Assembly (NCBI RefSeq): GCF_006345805.1
Contig: NC_043010.1
Span: forward strand, 15,314,001 to 15,378,000
Reading direction: 5' to 3'
DNA from: Octopus sinensis
Taxonomy: Eukaryota
Length of the DNA: 64,000 nucleotides
Shown here: piece after piece, positions 39,681 through 53,099 of the stretch
Numbering within the stretch: the first letter of the stretch is position 1
Layout: the number at the start of each line of letters is the position of its first letter
Position numbers and translations under genes: made by a program
Notes under the pieces: model-generated
What the model saw: the letters and a program-made list of their open reading frames with translations, nothing else
What the model was told of the DNA's origin: nothing
Database searches by the model: none

Positions 39681-39717
39681 ATCGAAGGGAAGAATGGAAG
39701 ATTTAATACTGAAACGG

Positions 39718-39841
39718 GGCGGAGCTAGAGAATACGTACACCACCCGTTTTCGGCGTAACAAAAATCCCTAGCCCCGAATCCTAATCCTAACCCTAAACC
39801 CTAACCCTAAACACCAGCTGTACGTATTCTTTACTTTCGCC
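39718..39841. mobile_element. 124-bp TIR mini-element with 9-bp TSD and internal CCCTAA-like repeats (MULE-like)
   Basis: TSD CTGAAACGG at 39709-39717 and 39842-39850; imperfect 23-bp TIR GGCGGAGCTAGAGAATACGTACA. Confidence 0.75.
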
Positions 39842-40216
39842 CTGAAACGGACCATCCAAAACAAGGCGAACTCATTGCTGGTAGGGTTTTCACTAGAAAC
39901 GTGGTGTTGAAGCAATTACTAAGATAGAGGTTGTAATGTTTTTATTTTAATTTTATTTTCCGTATCATTTTCATGCCGTCATTTCTAATGGCACGGGTAT
40001 ACTGCTATATAATATATATATATATATATATAAACATTTTTTTTCTTCTTCTTTTCTTCCCTACCAAGATTCCACAAGGACCTTGAACCCACAAGAGTAA
40101 ACAAGAGAGGACAGAGACAGCGAAACAAGGAAAATGCCACTTGTATTGAACACTATACAATATTCTTTTAAAAAAACTTTTCTTTTATTTTTCTAAATTT
40201 AATTATTTAATTGTTA

Positions 40217-40252
40217 CAGTTGAAAAAGTCTCAATGGACTGAACCGGTACTG
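40217..40252 (+). ncRNA. Degenerate hammerhead (U3-A8 type, GAAA reduced to GAA)
   Basis: CAG-TTGAAAA-AGTC tcaatg GACT-GA-ACCGGT-A-CTG. Confidence 0.4.
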
Positions 40253-40359
40253 AAATGTTTTTTATAAAATTATTTTAGCATTTTCTATCTTGACTATATA
40301 TATATATATATATATACATACACACACACAACACACACACAAGCCACACACACACACAC

Positions 40360-40405
<46 letters not shown>

Positions 40406-40454
40406 TATAATTATATATATATATATACTACACACACACACACACACACCACAC

Positions 40455-40660
40455 ATCACATATATATATATACCGGGAAAGTTTACATGAAAATAACAAA
40501 AGACGAAGCAGGTGAAGTACAAACAACAAATGTATTATATAGCGCTCAGGAATAGAAATAGAAAAAGTCTTTTACGTTTCGAGTCTACGCTCTTCCAGAA
40601 AGATACACAAAAAACAAGGAGAGAAAAAAATGTGTGTAGGAGCTAACGATCGATCATGGC
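40455..40660 (-). mobile_element. Penelope-like end family F
   Basis: HHR-like motif 40568-40603 with 2-nt core deletion. Confidence 0.6.
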
Positions 40661-40675
40661 ACACATATATATACA

Positions 40676-40731
<56 letters not shown>

Positions 40732-41414
40732 TTATAAGATAAAAACTTACTTGGAATGGATGCGTGGCGTTCAATCATATAATAATATAAATAATATATA
40801 TGTGTATATATATATATGTTATATATATATATATATACATACATATATGTACATACATATATATGTATATATACATGCATATATAGGCACATGACGTCAC
40901 AGAACAACATGAAATACGAAATACGAAATCATGGAATACGAACAACGAAAGAAACAATTGGAAAACAAAACAAGCCACATAAAGAACGACCCCTCATCAG
41001 TTGTCGACTGTTTTTCTACTCCATATTTCGAGCAATTCACAAGATACGACTTCGACAAAACAGCTGGTCCCTCAAAGCAAATTAAATAGAATTTGGAATT
41101 TTTGCGGAGGGTCAAAGTTAGTAACGAGAACAGTACAGTGAAAACAAAGAGAAAGGGCTGCTAAGCCTTAACGAAGTGAATTGGCGAACGCTGGAGGAAC
41201 AAGCTCTGACAGGAGACAAACAAGAATGCGCCTGATTCCTGCGGCTGATCGGAAGGAAAGAAAGAAACTCAGGTTAGAAAAAGAAAGATGGCTGATGGTC
41301 ACGTGCGAGCAGCGAGAGAGCAAAGGAGGAAGAGTGAGGGAGAGAGAGACACACACAGAGTACGGCGAAGGGGAGATAAAAGAATAACAGAAAGGAAATA
41401 TATCTATATCTATC

Positions 41415-41449
<35 letters not shown>

Positions 41450-41462
41450 ATCTATCTATCTG

Positions 41463-41529
<67 letters not shown>

Positions 41530-41563
41530 TGTGTGTACGTGTGCGTGTGTGTGTGTATATGTA

Positions 41564-42377
41564 CACCAGTTGGACAAAATAATGGAAACACCTAGAACAT
41601 AGATTCATAATTTTGAAATATCCATAATCATGATTTTGAAATATCTATAAGACCGTCAAAAGCTTGTTTATTTTTATATTTTCTGATTTATTATTAGTGT
41701 TGCTTAATATGTTTTGCTAAAATTGCTGTTTCTTTGCAGATATCATCAGAAGAAGGTAATTAAAATTCATTAAAATGACAGATTTATCGGTCTTTCAAAG
41801 AGGTCAAATTGTTGGTGCTCGTATGGCAGGCGCTAGCGTAACGAAAACAGCCGAAATATTTGGTGTATCAAGAACTGTTTGGTGTCTCGAAAGTAATGAC
41901 ACCGTTTGAGAAAGAGGGAAAAACCTCGTCGTCGAAACAAAACCCCGAAAGAAAACCAAATCTTTCAAATAGGGATCGTCGGACCCTTACACGAATAGTT
42001 AGAAAGGATCACAAAAGTACAGTTCCCAAAATTACTGCAGAGCTCAATGACCATCTCAAGAACCCAGTTTCCACAAAAACAGTTCGCCGAGAGCTGCACA
42101 AAGCCGCATTTCACTGGAGGGCTGCAATCAGAAAACCACTACTTTCAGAAACAAACGTTGCAAAGCATTTAGAGTGGAGTAAAAACCCACAGAATTGGTC
42201 CTTGGGCAGTGGAAGAATGTTATTTTCTCGGACGAGTCAACCGTTACCTTATTTCCAACCACCGGCCAAGTATATGTGTGGAGACAGCCAAAAGAAGCAT
42301 TTGACCCAGACTGTCTTCTTCCAACTGTTAAAAATGGAGGATCTATGATGATCTGTGTGCTATATCTTGGAAATCAC
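41564..42377 (+). mobile_element. Tc1-family transposon, left end and truncated transposase
   Basis: TA|CACCAGTTGGACAAAATAATGGAAACACC end; ATG 41775 MTDLSVFQRGQIVGAR...STKTVRRELHK...RKPLLS...WKNVIFSDES; breaks off before the second catalytic Asp. Confidence 0.92.
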
Positions 42378-42460
42378 TACAAGAACTGGAGACTGTTTTA
42401 GCTGAAGAATGGACAAAAATTCCTTTGGAAACAATTTCGACTTTGTACGAGTCCACACCT

Positions 42461-42538
42461 CGTAAACATACCAGCATCGGTTGTCAAGCTATGGGGTGGG
42501 GGTGGGACAAACGCAGACACACAAACATACACGCACGC

Positions 42539-42580
<42 letters not shown>

Positions 42581-42772
42581 CACACACACACACACACACA
42601 CATATATAAGACGGGCTTCTTTCAGTTCCGTTTACCAAATCCATTCACGAGGCTTTGTTCGACCCGAGGCTAAAGTAGAAGACACTTGCCCAAAGTGCCA
42701 CGCAGTGGGACTGAACCGGAACCATGTGGTTGGTAAGCAAGCTACTTACCACACAGCCACTCCTGCGCCTAT
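42461..42772 (-). mobile_element. SINE family A
   Basis: Head at 42772. Confidence 0.9.
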
Positions 42773-43147
42773 ACAATAACGATCTTAATTTTTTTGTTCC
42801 TGATATTTTTTTGTCTTGCAGCAAATTTCGCGTCAGTGGTCCCGAGAGGTTTTCAGAGACGACACTGACTCTTCAAAAGAAGCCCAGACACATGAAGTTG
42901 TATGAGTTCATTAAACATGACCCGTGCTAGGATTTTTCCTGAAATCTCATGAACTCATATGATTGTCACACTGTTGTATGCTTCTGTTCCTTTTTTTCAA
43001 AGGTGTACGACGCAGACATCTTTGAATTCTTGTGGAATTAGTTCGTGCTCATACAACGTAATAATTGGGGCGAGTTGTTTCCCATATGTTATTTGTACAC
43101 TATGTTTATACATACATACATACATAAATACATACATACATACATAC

Positions 43148-43189
<42 letters not shown>

Positions 43190-43230
43190 TTGGCGATTTC
43201 TTTTCCTTCTTTGGACTTTTCCCTTTCTCC

Positions 43231-43263
43231 TTTCCGACGAAGAGCTATCCTCGAAACGTCAAA
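43231..43263 (+). ncRNA. Minimal hammerhead-like motif with C4 variant
   Basis: TTT-CCGACGA-A-GAG ctatc CTC-GAAA-CGT-C-AAA in a T-rich repeat end next to (TA)n. Confidence 0.45.
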
Positions 43264-43364
43264 CTCTCTCTTTTCACCGCGGCGTCAGGCTAATACATTC
43301 CTTGTGCTCGTACTCTTGTCCATTATTTTTATTCGTTTATTTGAAATAATTGCTTGAATTGACT

Positions 43365-43429
<65 letters not shown>

Positions 43430-43853
43430 TATATAATATATGTATATATATATATATGTATATATATATATCACGTGATCACGTGACCGACCAGACCATC
43501 AGATGTTGTTACACATCGCTGGTCACAATGCGTTCGCATTGTTTTAGCCTTCGAATGACGCCACCCCGCTTATATATGCAGAAACCGGTCCGCATGAGTC
43601 CAAATACTTAAATGTATGTTAATAGATTATCTTAACTTGATTTTGCCTTCGTTTGATTTCTGTAGTTTTCATCAGTGTATTTTTGGCGATTTAATAAGAG
43701 TTTTGACTGTTATTTCTAGCAGGTAGACATACTTAGTATGTCCTTTGATTAATTTTAATCCCTCGGCTATTTAATGCTATTTTGGGGCCTGCTATCGCCT
43801 GTGTCATTGATTCTGTTATTATTACTTTTTTAAATAGTTACATTGGATAGGAG

Positions 43854-44202
43854 CGCTCCGTCGGTTACGATGATGAGAGTCCCAGCTGATACGATCAACG
43901 GAACAGCTTGCTCGTGGAATTAACGTGCAAGTGGCTGAGCATTCCACAGACACGTGTACCCTGAACGTAGTTCTCAGGGAGATTCAGCGTTTGAAATACA
44001 GGTACAACAGAAACAGGAAGAAAGAGTGAGAGAAAGTTGTGGTGAAAGAGTACAGCAGGGTTCACCACCATCCCCTGCCGGAGCCTCGTGGAGCTTTAGG
44101 TGTTTTCGCTCAATAAACACTCACAATGCCCGGTCTTGGAATCGAAACCGTGATCCTACGATCGCGAGTCCGCTGCCCTAACCACTGGGCCATTGCGCCT
44201 CC
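43854..44202 (-). mobile_element. SINE family B
   Basis: Complete copy. Confidence 0.9.
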
Positions 44203-44265
44203 ACAGTTACATTGGATAATAATAGAATTAATGACACCTTCGTAGATTAATCATATATATATATA

Positions 44266-44663
44266 CTAGCAGAATCGCCCGGCGTTGCTCGGGTTTGTAA
44301 GGGAAATAACTATATAAGCATTTTTAGAGAGTTATAGCGAAAAAATAGCAAAAAAATGCATTAAAAATGGAAAAAAAATGATGGTAAATTGTTTTTTAAA
44401 TCGTACTCATCGTAGACATTTTTAGAGAGTTACTTCCCCTTATATAATAGCGAAAAAATGCATTAAAATGGAAAAAAATTATGGTAATTTTTTTTTTTAA
44501 ATCCTAGACTCATCGTAGACGCGCACTAATACCCAGAAGGGCTCGATATGAATCACGACTATAAGATACCCGGTTTGGGTTAAACTGCACCGCAAAATGT
44601 GGGAGTAGTTAGGAATCTAAATCATAGGAGACATACACACAACTTGACTTTTATATATAAAGA
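44266..44663 (-). mobile_element. Non-autonomous Helitron, solo short variant
   Basis: Minus strand A|TC...CCCGAGCAACGCCGGG hairpin...CTAG|T. Confidence 0.82.
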
Positions 44664-44934
44664 TATATTTCTTTCGAAGAGAATAAACAAAGTAAAAAAA
44701 TCAAAAGGAGACGGGTGAGACTGCGCCAATGGTTGCAAGCTTTACATCGTCAGTACGACGTTAAACACGAAGTAACCACACAGCTAAGCTCACACTTAAC
44801 AATTTGCTCATAAAATTAAGCTTATATCCATAAACGTTACTTAAACAGCTTGCAGTGACAGACAGTATACAGGAAATGGATAGAGATTTCTTTAAAAAAA
44901 CAATTTGAAACCGATTTTAAAATATATTTAATAA

Positions 44935-46443
44935 CTAGCAGTATCGCCCGGCGTTGCTCGGGTTTGTAAGGGAAATAACTATATAAGCATTTTTAGAGAG
45001 TTACTTCCCTTATAGATGCCAATTCGGGCTTTCTTAGCCATTTCTGTTTTGGTGTCCTCAAGCCACGAAGTCGTTGTTCTAAAAGAACGCTGGTCTCCTT
45101 GACAACGCATTACGACGTTGATTTCCTTACACTCCCTTCCCCACAGCTTCACGACGGAGGGAAGGGGGAGAAGCAAACAGGTGCAGCTGTGAGCGTGGAC
45201 GCCAACTCCACCGCCATCGACATACGATGCATTTTATGCATTAAAATGGAATAAAAAATGATGTTAAATTATTTTTAAAATCGTAGACTCATTGTTGACG
45301 CGCGCTAATAGCCAGACGGGCTCGATATGAATCACGACTATAAGATACCCGAATTTGGTTAAACTGCACCGCAAAATGTGGGAGTAGTTAGGAATCTAAA
45401 TCGAAGGGGACAGACACTCACACAACTAGAGTTTTATATATATAGACTAGAAGTATCGCCCGGCGTTGCTCGGGTTTGTAAGGGAAATAACTATATAAGC
45501 ATTTTTAGAGAGTTACTTCCCTTATAGATGCCAATTCGGGCTTTCTTAGCCATTTCTGTTTTGGTGTCTTCAAGCCATGAAATCGTTGTTCTAAAAGAAC
45601 GCTGGTCTCCTTGACAACGCTTTACGACGTTGATTTCCTTACACTCCCTTCCCCACAGCTTCACGAGGGAGGGAAGAAGGGGAGAAGCAAACAGGTGCGG
45701 GTGTGACCGTGGACGCCAACTCCGCCGCCATCGACACACGAAAAATTATGCATGAAATTGGAATAAAAAATGATGTTAAATTATTTTTAAAATCGTAGAC
45801 TCATCGTAGACGCGCGCTAATACTCAGACGGGCTCGATATGAATCACGACTATAAGATACCCGAATTTGGTTAAACTGCACCGCAAAATGTGGGAGTAGT
45901 TAGGAATCTAAATCGAAGGGGACAGACACTCACACAACTACAGTTTTATATATATACTAGCAGTATCGCCGGCGTTGCTCGGTTTTGTAAGGGAAATAAC
46001 TATATAAGCATTTTTAGAGAGTTACTTCCCTTATAAATTCGGGCTTTTTTAGCCATTTTTGTTTGGTGTCTTCAAGCCATGAAGTCGTTGTTCTAAAAGA
46101 ACGCTGGTTTCCTTCACACAAAGCATTACGACGTTGATTTCTTTACACTCCCTTCCCCACAGCTTCACGAGGGAGGGAAGGGGGAGAAGCAAACAGGTGC
46201 AGCTGTGAGCGTGGACGCCACTCCGCCGCCATCGACATACGATGCATTTTATGCATTAAAATGGAATAAAAAATGATGTTAAATTATTTTTAAAATCGTA
46301 GACTCATCGTTGACGCGCGCTAATAGTCAGACGGGCTCGATATGAATCACGACTATAAGATACCCGAATTGGTTAAACTGCACCGCAAAATGTGGGAGGA
46401 GTTAGGAACTAAATCGAAGGGGACAGACACTCACACAACTAGA

Positions 46444-46455
<12 letters not shown>
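44935..46455 (-). mobile_element. Non-autonomous Helitron, three head-to-tail copies (~510 bp)
   Basis: Units start at CTAG 44935, 45447, 45957; first junction reads CTAG|TC on the minus strand with no spacer. Confidence 0.88.
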
Positions 46456-46502
<47 letters not shown>

Positions 46503-46504
<2 letters not shown>

Positions 46505-46740
46505 CGGGAAGCTTTATGAAAGTACAAAAGACAAAGGCAGGTTTACGGAAATAAACAAAAGACGAAGGCAGGTGGAATACAAACAAACAATTGTATTAGT
46601 ATGGCGCTCAGGAAATATAAATAAAACAAGTCTTTAACGTTTCCAGCCTACGCTCTTCAACAGAAAGATACACAGAGAAAAAACACAGAAAGAAGGAGAG
46701 AAAAAAATATGCGTGCAGAGGCTAGCGAATCAACATGGCG
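46503..46740 (-). mobile_element. Penelope-like end family F
   Basis: HHR-like motif 46631-46668. Confidence 0.6.
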
Positions 46741-48411
46741 ATCTGATTTCGGCCAGAAGTCAAAGATCAAACGTGAGACGCAAGAGCGAAATTAGGGGAG
46801 ATAATAGGGTTAAATGACCTCGCTCCAACATAAGAGTGTGTGTGTGTGTATGAGAGATGTGGGGTGTGTGTTGAGAGAGTATTAGTGCGTATGAGAGGTC
46901 TGGACGTGTGTATGTATATATGATGTGATGTGTAAAGTCGTATGGTGTAGTGTAGAGAGAGGAGATGAGGGAAGAGGGGGAGGTAAGGGGTATATATATA
47001 TATATATATGGATTAAAACAGTTTGATTCAAACTCCTTTGGTATTTTGGCCGAAGGCTAGCGACACGTTTGAAACTCAGAGTACTAAGGAAATTGAATCA
47101 AGCTATTTTGATCCATACATGTAACTCCCAATTAATGTGTTGAGTGCCCTTCTTTCGTTAGTCTGTCCATTTTTGCATTTTTTATATATAAAAAAAAATA
47201 TAGCGGCGTACGTACACTTTGGTCTCTTATATGTAAGTATATATGTATATCTAAATTTTGTACGACTCTATTATTCTTTCATTCTTTCCTTATTTCTATC
47301 AGCCCTTTCACGCTTACTTCGTTCATTCCACTCTTCGTTCCTTCGTTCCCCCTCTCTCCCATTTCTTGGCCTTCTCTTCATGCTCACTTTACCTCCTCTT
47401 TTCACTTCACTGTGTCCCTTTCATTTTTTTGTCGCCCCTCCTTAATTCTTCTAATCCTCTGTCTCTACCTCTTTCTCTTCTCTGCCCACATGACCGGTGT
47501 TTGGCCAAGCTTGACTTTTCTTTCTTGATAGACTACCATCCGTGCAACATCTATATTCCTCCCTGTGCCCGTCCTATTCTCAATCCCTGCAGTAAGACTT
47601 TACTTCCACACACGCCAGCTTAATTTAATTCATCCTTAGTCGAAAGACATCTGTTGTTATGTCTTGTTATTTGTATTTGTGTAACATTCTCCGTTTTTTC
47701 CTCGTCTTTGTTTTCGTATACATTCGCTGCTTTCTTCCAAGGAATCTAATGCTCTTATCTTAGTTTTTCCTTGGGGCTGGCCAGATTGGAGCAATCTCGA
47801 ATATAATCCTCGACTGAGGATAGAAAACTCCGAATGACCCGTCCTTGTTTTCTTTGTATCGTCTGTCTGGATGTTTTTTTGTCCCCTTTTTTATATACAT
47901 ACATACATACATACATACATACATACATACATACATACATACATACATACATACATACGCACATACCTACATACGCGTGTGTGTGTGTGTGCGTGTGCGC
48001 GTATGAGTATGCATATAATACTATGTGTATTTATATAGGTAATTTTCCTCTTGATGGATACTGCGGACTTGGTGAGTTTGTAGAGTTTCTTATGGAGGGA
48101 GGGTTGGTAATTATTTATAGACACACGCAAACACACACATACGCACACACACATACACACATATATATATGTACATATGCCTGTGTGTAAATATGTACAT
48201 ATATGTATAGTTATATACATAGACGATGCGTACATACGCAGAAACATAAGCCAAACGCACGTAATATATATATATATATATAGATATATATATATTAATA
48301 TATATATATATATATATATTATATACAGTATATGTATATATATATTATATATATATATATATAGATATTATATATATACAAACATGTATATGTATATATA
48401 TATTATTGTAT

Positions 48412-48460
<49 letters not shown>

Positions 48461-48482
48461 TATATTATATATATGTATAATA

Positions 48483-48534
<52 letters not shown>

Positions 48535-48981
48535 TATTATATATGTATATATATATATATATATATATAAAGTCATAAGTACATGTGCTACTGTTTTTAT
48601 AATAAATAAATTCGATATTTTATGACTCGCCAGCTTGTCTGATTTTTCTTATTGATCACCATTTTCGGCATACTTGTAGTCATCATTACCAATACGTGGA
48701 CCCGTCACCCCCCCCCCAACACACAAACACTCTCAGAGACGTACACATGCACACTTACACATATACACCCATGCATGCACACACACACACACACACATAT
48801 AAGATGCACGCATGCACACAAACACAATCAACAACACGCAAATATAGAAAAACAATCATATGCCCACATTATATCAAACGCTTTACAAGTGCTTGTGTAT
48901 TTTGGATGCGTGTATATATGCATTGGATAAAAGTTACATACATACGTAAGTATGTATGTCTGTATGTAACTTTTATCTTTT

Positions 48982-49187
48982 ATATTCTGCTTGTTTCAGT
49001 CATTTGACTGCGGCCATGCTGGAGCACCGCCTTTTTTAATCGAGCAAATCAACCCCGGGACTTATTCTTTTGTAAGCCCAGTACTTATTCTATCGGTCCC
49101 TTTTTGCCGAACCGCTATGTTACGGGGACGTAAACACATCAGCATCGGTTGTCAAGCAATGCTAGTGGAACAAACACAGACACACAA

Positions 49188-49220
<33 letters not shown>

Positions 49221-49394
49221 CATATATACGACAGGCTTCTTTCAGTTTCCGTCTACCAAATCCACTCACAAGGCATTGGTCGGCCCGGGGCTATAGCAGA
49301 AGACACTTGCCCAAGATGCCACGCAGTGGGACTGAACCCGGAACCATGTGGTTGGTTAGCAAGCTACTTACCACACAGCCACTCCTGCGCCTAT
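48982..49394 (-). mobile_element. SINE family A, full length
   Basis: Head and tail present. Confidence 0.92.
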
Positions 49395-49447
49395 CATTTT
49401 TATCTATCAAGCCTGGATCTTATTCCATCAGTATCCTTTGTCGAACC

Positions 49448-49768
49448 GCTGAGACATTTTTTTTGCGCCCTTTTCAAGCCTAGCCAGGCTCATGGGCCCG
49501 GTTTCCCGGGTTTTTGTGGCGTATGTGTTCCCCCCACCAGCTGGAGGGGACGCCAGTCCATCGCAGCGTTACTCAAGAAACAGGAAGAAAGAGTGAGAGA
49601 AAGTTGCGGCGAAAGAGTACAGCAGGGATCGCCACCATCCCCTGCCGGAGCCTCGCGGAGCTTTAGGTGCTTTCGCTCAATAAACACTCACAACGCCCGG
49701 TCTGGGAATCGAAACCGCGATCCCACGACCGCGAGTCCGCTGTCCTAACCACTGGGCCATTGCACCTC
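49448..49768 (-). mobile_element. SINE with family B head and a third tail type
   Basis: Tail reads CTGCGATGGACTGGCGTCCC on the minus strand, resembling the V/Meta-type SINE central motif (from recall). Confidence 0.75.
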
Positions 49769-50854
49769 TCTCTCACACACCCACACACACACACACACAA
49801 CACACACACACACACATATAGATGTGTGTCTATGCGCGCGCGTGTTTGTATCTATTTGATCGGTTCCATCGTTGCAGACTCTGTTTCTGCGTATACAAAA
49901 ATATCTTTTTAAACTTCCATTTTGAGGGGAAATTACTCAGTGGAGCTGTGAGTAGTTTCCTATTGACAGTGCTATTAATAGAACTATGAAGTCCATGGGG
50001 GAAAATCGTTGTGGAAAACTGAAGCTGAAAGGAGAGAGAAAAATTAATTGTAATTTAACTTGTTCGGTGGCTGTAGAAAGAAAAAAGTATGTATCAAAAT
50101 ATAGTAGGTGAATATGATACAAGTATGAAATTTAGAACAAAAAGAGCAAGGAAATCTGAGACAAGGCAATATCAAGTTCTTGCAGTGTGAATGTATTTCA
50201 CCGTGACTAAATAGCTACTTTCCAAAGTGTCTATATTTCTTGAATATCTCTGGTCTGGTGTTAAAATAGACGCTTTGTTTACGAATGTTTTTCGGAATTT
50301 TCCTCTTCTGTACATCGCAAAGATCAAACATTTTAAGTCCAGTTAGTAAGGTTTGTATCTTTCAAGTATTTATAATTCAATACTGTAGCATGAAGTCTTT
50401 TTCTTTAATTTTCTGCTTTATTCAGCCCATTTTTTAGTGAACCATGTATTTCCTGGTAAAGTTGTACAGTTATCTGCCTTACCTATGTAACAGTTATGTG
50501 TTTCTATGTAGGTAACCCATCTCTCACAACTAAGTGCCTTTCAGGGTTTGTCAAATGAATATGTGTACGGGTTCCTGTGTCTTCGATTCTGTTAGGTGGT
50601 TGTCAACGATATTAGGCTTTGTTTTTGTTCCCATGTTCATGGGCAAGGATAATCAATTTTAGCCCTTTGGTTATCGAAAGCCTTTTCATATGTTTGTCCT
50701 AAGCGTCCATGTTTCCAGACTTTTAGTCAGCCCCTCTTTCCTACTTCCCGAGTAAAAATAATGTTTTCCTTTCATAAGTCCCGAGTGACTCTGGTATTTG
50801 AAAAAAGTGGGAATGTGCATCATGGAATTATGCCAGGGAATTATGTATTGTGTA

Positions 50855-50910
50855 TCCCAGGATTCCTGGCTTTCACCCAGGCGGCCCGGGTTCGATTCCC
50901 GGCATGGGAA
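50855..50910 (+). pseudogene. tRNA-Glu(TTC) lacking the D-arm
   Basis: TCCCA joined to GGATTCCTGG-CTTTCAC-CCAGG-CGGC-CCGGG-TTCGATT-CCCGG-CATGGGAA; 56 nt versus 72; TTTT at 50919-50922; no CCA. Confidence 0.85.
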
Positions 50911-50924
50911 CGCCTTTCTTTTAT

Positions 50925-51102
50925 ATTCGTCTGTCGTTGCGTTCTGAGTCCAAATTCCGCCGAGGTAGACTTTGCCTCTCATCATTTCGGGGTCGATAAA
51001 TAAAGTACCAGTTTCGCACTGGGGTCGATGTAATCGACTTAATCCCTTTGTCTGTCCTTGTTTGTCCCCTCTATGTTTAGCCCCTTGTGGGTAGTAAAGA
51101 AA
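50925..51102 (+). mobile_element. SINE family C, 5'-truncated
   Basis: Body and tail match 18765-18943. Confidence 0.88.
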
Positions 51103-51779
51103 TATATATACAGGACAAGCAAAGAGTTAATAGTGTGTCTTCTTTCTCAAGAAATTTTTATAGTCAGGAGGGTTGCGTCTGTTTATACGAATCAGGAAGT
51201 CTTTCGCAATTTCCTGATTTTACACTGGATGCAAAGGACGGTAGATTATATTAATTACAGTTTGAATCAGCATTAATTAACAAGCAAGTAGGTTCAACAA
51301 AGAAGTTAGGACAGTATTGACCCAAGAAAACTTACCATTCTTTTCTTTTTTTTTTTTTGCTATTTCTAACTAGATTGGATTTGATAAAAAAAAAACTGCA
51401 GGCGATTTCGATCATCTAAATTTATTGGTCTTATCTCATCTTGCTTGTTGGCTTTAGATTTTAAACAACATAAAATGGAAATGTATCCTTCGGTAATCTC
51501 GGTTGATGGTAGTTTCCCATTTTCTTATATGTATGGAGACCGAAGGACACAACGGTGTACATTTTAAGTATTGGATATCAACAGAAATAATAGCTAATGG
51601 CTGCAAGACGGAAATCTTTCTTCAAACGCGTGCACGCACACACACACACGCCCAAACACATATACACACACGTATATGTTGTATTCAAATTTACATAATA
51701 TCAATGTTAGATAATTCTCAATGCATCTGAATATACATGAATATGTATACAAACACGTATATATATTGTATATATATAT

Positions 51780-51854
<75 letters not shown>

Positions 51855-51939
51855 GTATATATATATACATATATATATACCTATATGTATATATATATGA
51901 TATATATATATTATATATATATATAATATATGATTTTAT

Positions 51940-51985
<46 letters not shown>

Positions 51986-52168
51986 GAGAGAGAAAGAAGA
52001 GAGTGTTATATGAATGTGTGTGTGTGTATTAGTTCATTACTTACATATCTGCATAAGCTAGATTTCCATGTACATGCATATATATATATGTGCGTATGTG
52101 TCTGTGTGTGTATGTATATATACATACATACACATATACATACTTACATACATATATACATACATATG

Positions 52169-52222
<54 letters not shown>

Positions 52223-52559
52223 ATGTCTTGTTCCTTGGTTTGTGTCTATGTGTTTCGTCTCTCTATGTGTTCGACGTCTTTTTGGTGTCCTGTACACATA
52301 TATGCGTGTATATGTACATGTAGAGGTAGGTACGTACATATATGTTTATATATATGCATATGTTCTATTTTATTAACATATATATATATATATATATAAT
52401 ATATAATAATATATATAGAAATAAGCCAACTGATATATATATATATATATATTGCATTCACAGATGCACACACATATAAACATATGCGTATATGCAGATA
52501 TGTATATGTATCTATATTATTTATGCAAATGTTTATAATATGTGTGCATATATGAATGC

Positions 52560-52622
<63 letters not shown>

Positions 52623-53099
52623 TATGTACATATGTATATATAAATATATGTATGTGTATGTATATATGTGCTTATGTATGTTTGTATCTCTGTGTATCTA
52701 TCTGTGTGTACAACTGTGTGTTTATTTGTGTGCGTGCATGTCTGTGTGCGTGCATGAATTTGTGTGTGTGTGTGTGAACGTGTGTGTCTGTGTGCTTCCA
52801 CAGTATTCCTTCCTATTTAGTCAAGTTTATTGAATTGCATAAAATTCAAACCAAGTCTACCCAAGTCTACCAAGCTGATCTTTCCCAAGAGTTCCGTCAC
52901 CTCCACCCCGCTCCCCCCACCACATGTCCACCCGTTATATACCCATGCGCATGCTCATTATCAGCCTGTTGTTTTTCATTTGTGCTCATCATCTTCACGT
53001 CTATTTCATCCATCTTAACACCCAATAAGTCTATAGAAATAAGCCGGCTGATTTAGAGAGATGTATCCCGACATCAATGAAGTCATTTCCTCCATCTTC

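Noticed and set aside
47814-47850. CTGAGGA...GAAT hammerhead-like motif (similar isolated CTGANGA hits at 20173, 27780, 37322, 60258)
   Set aside because: Second box or helices are missing; compatible with chance or advanced decay.
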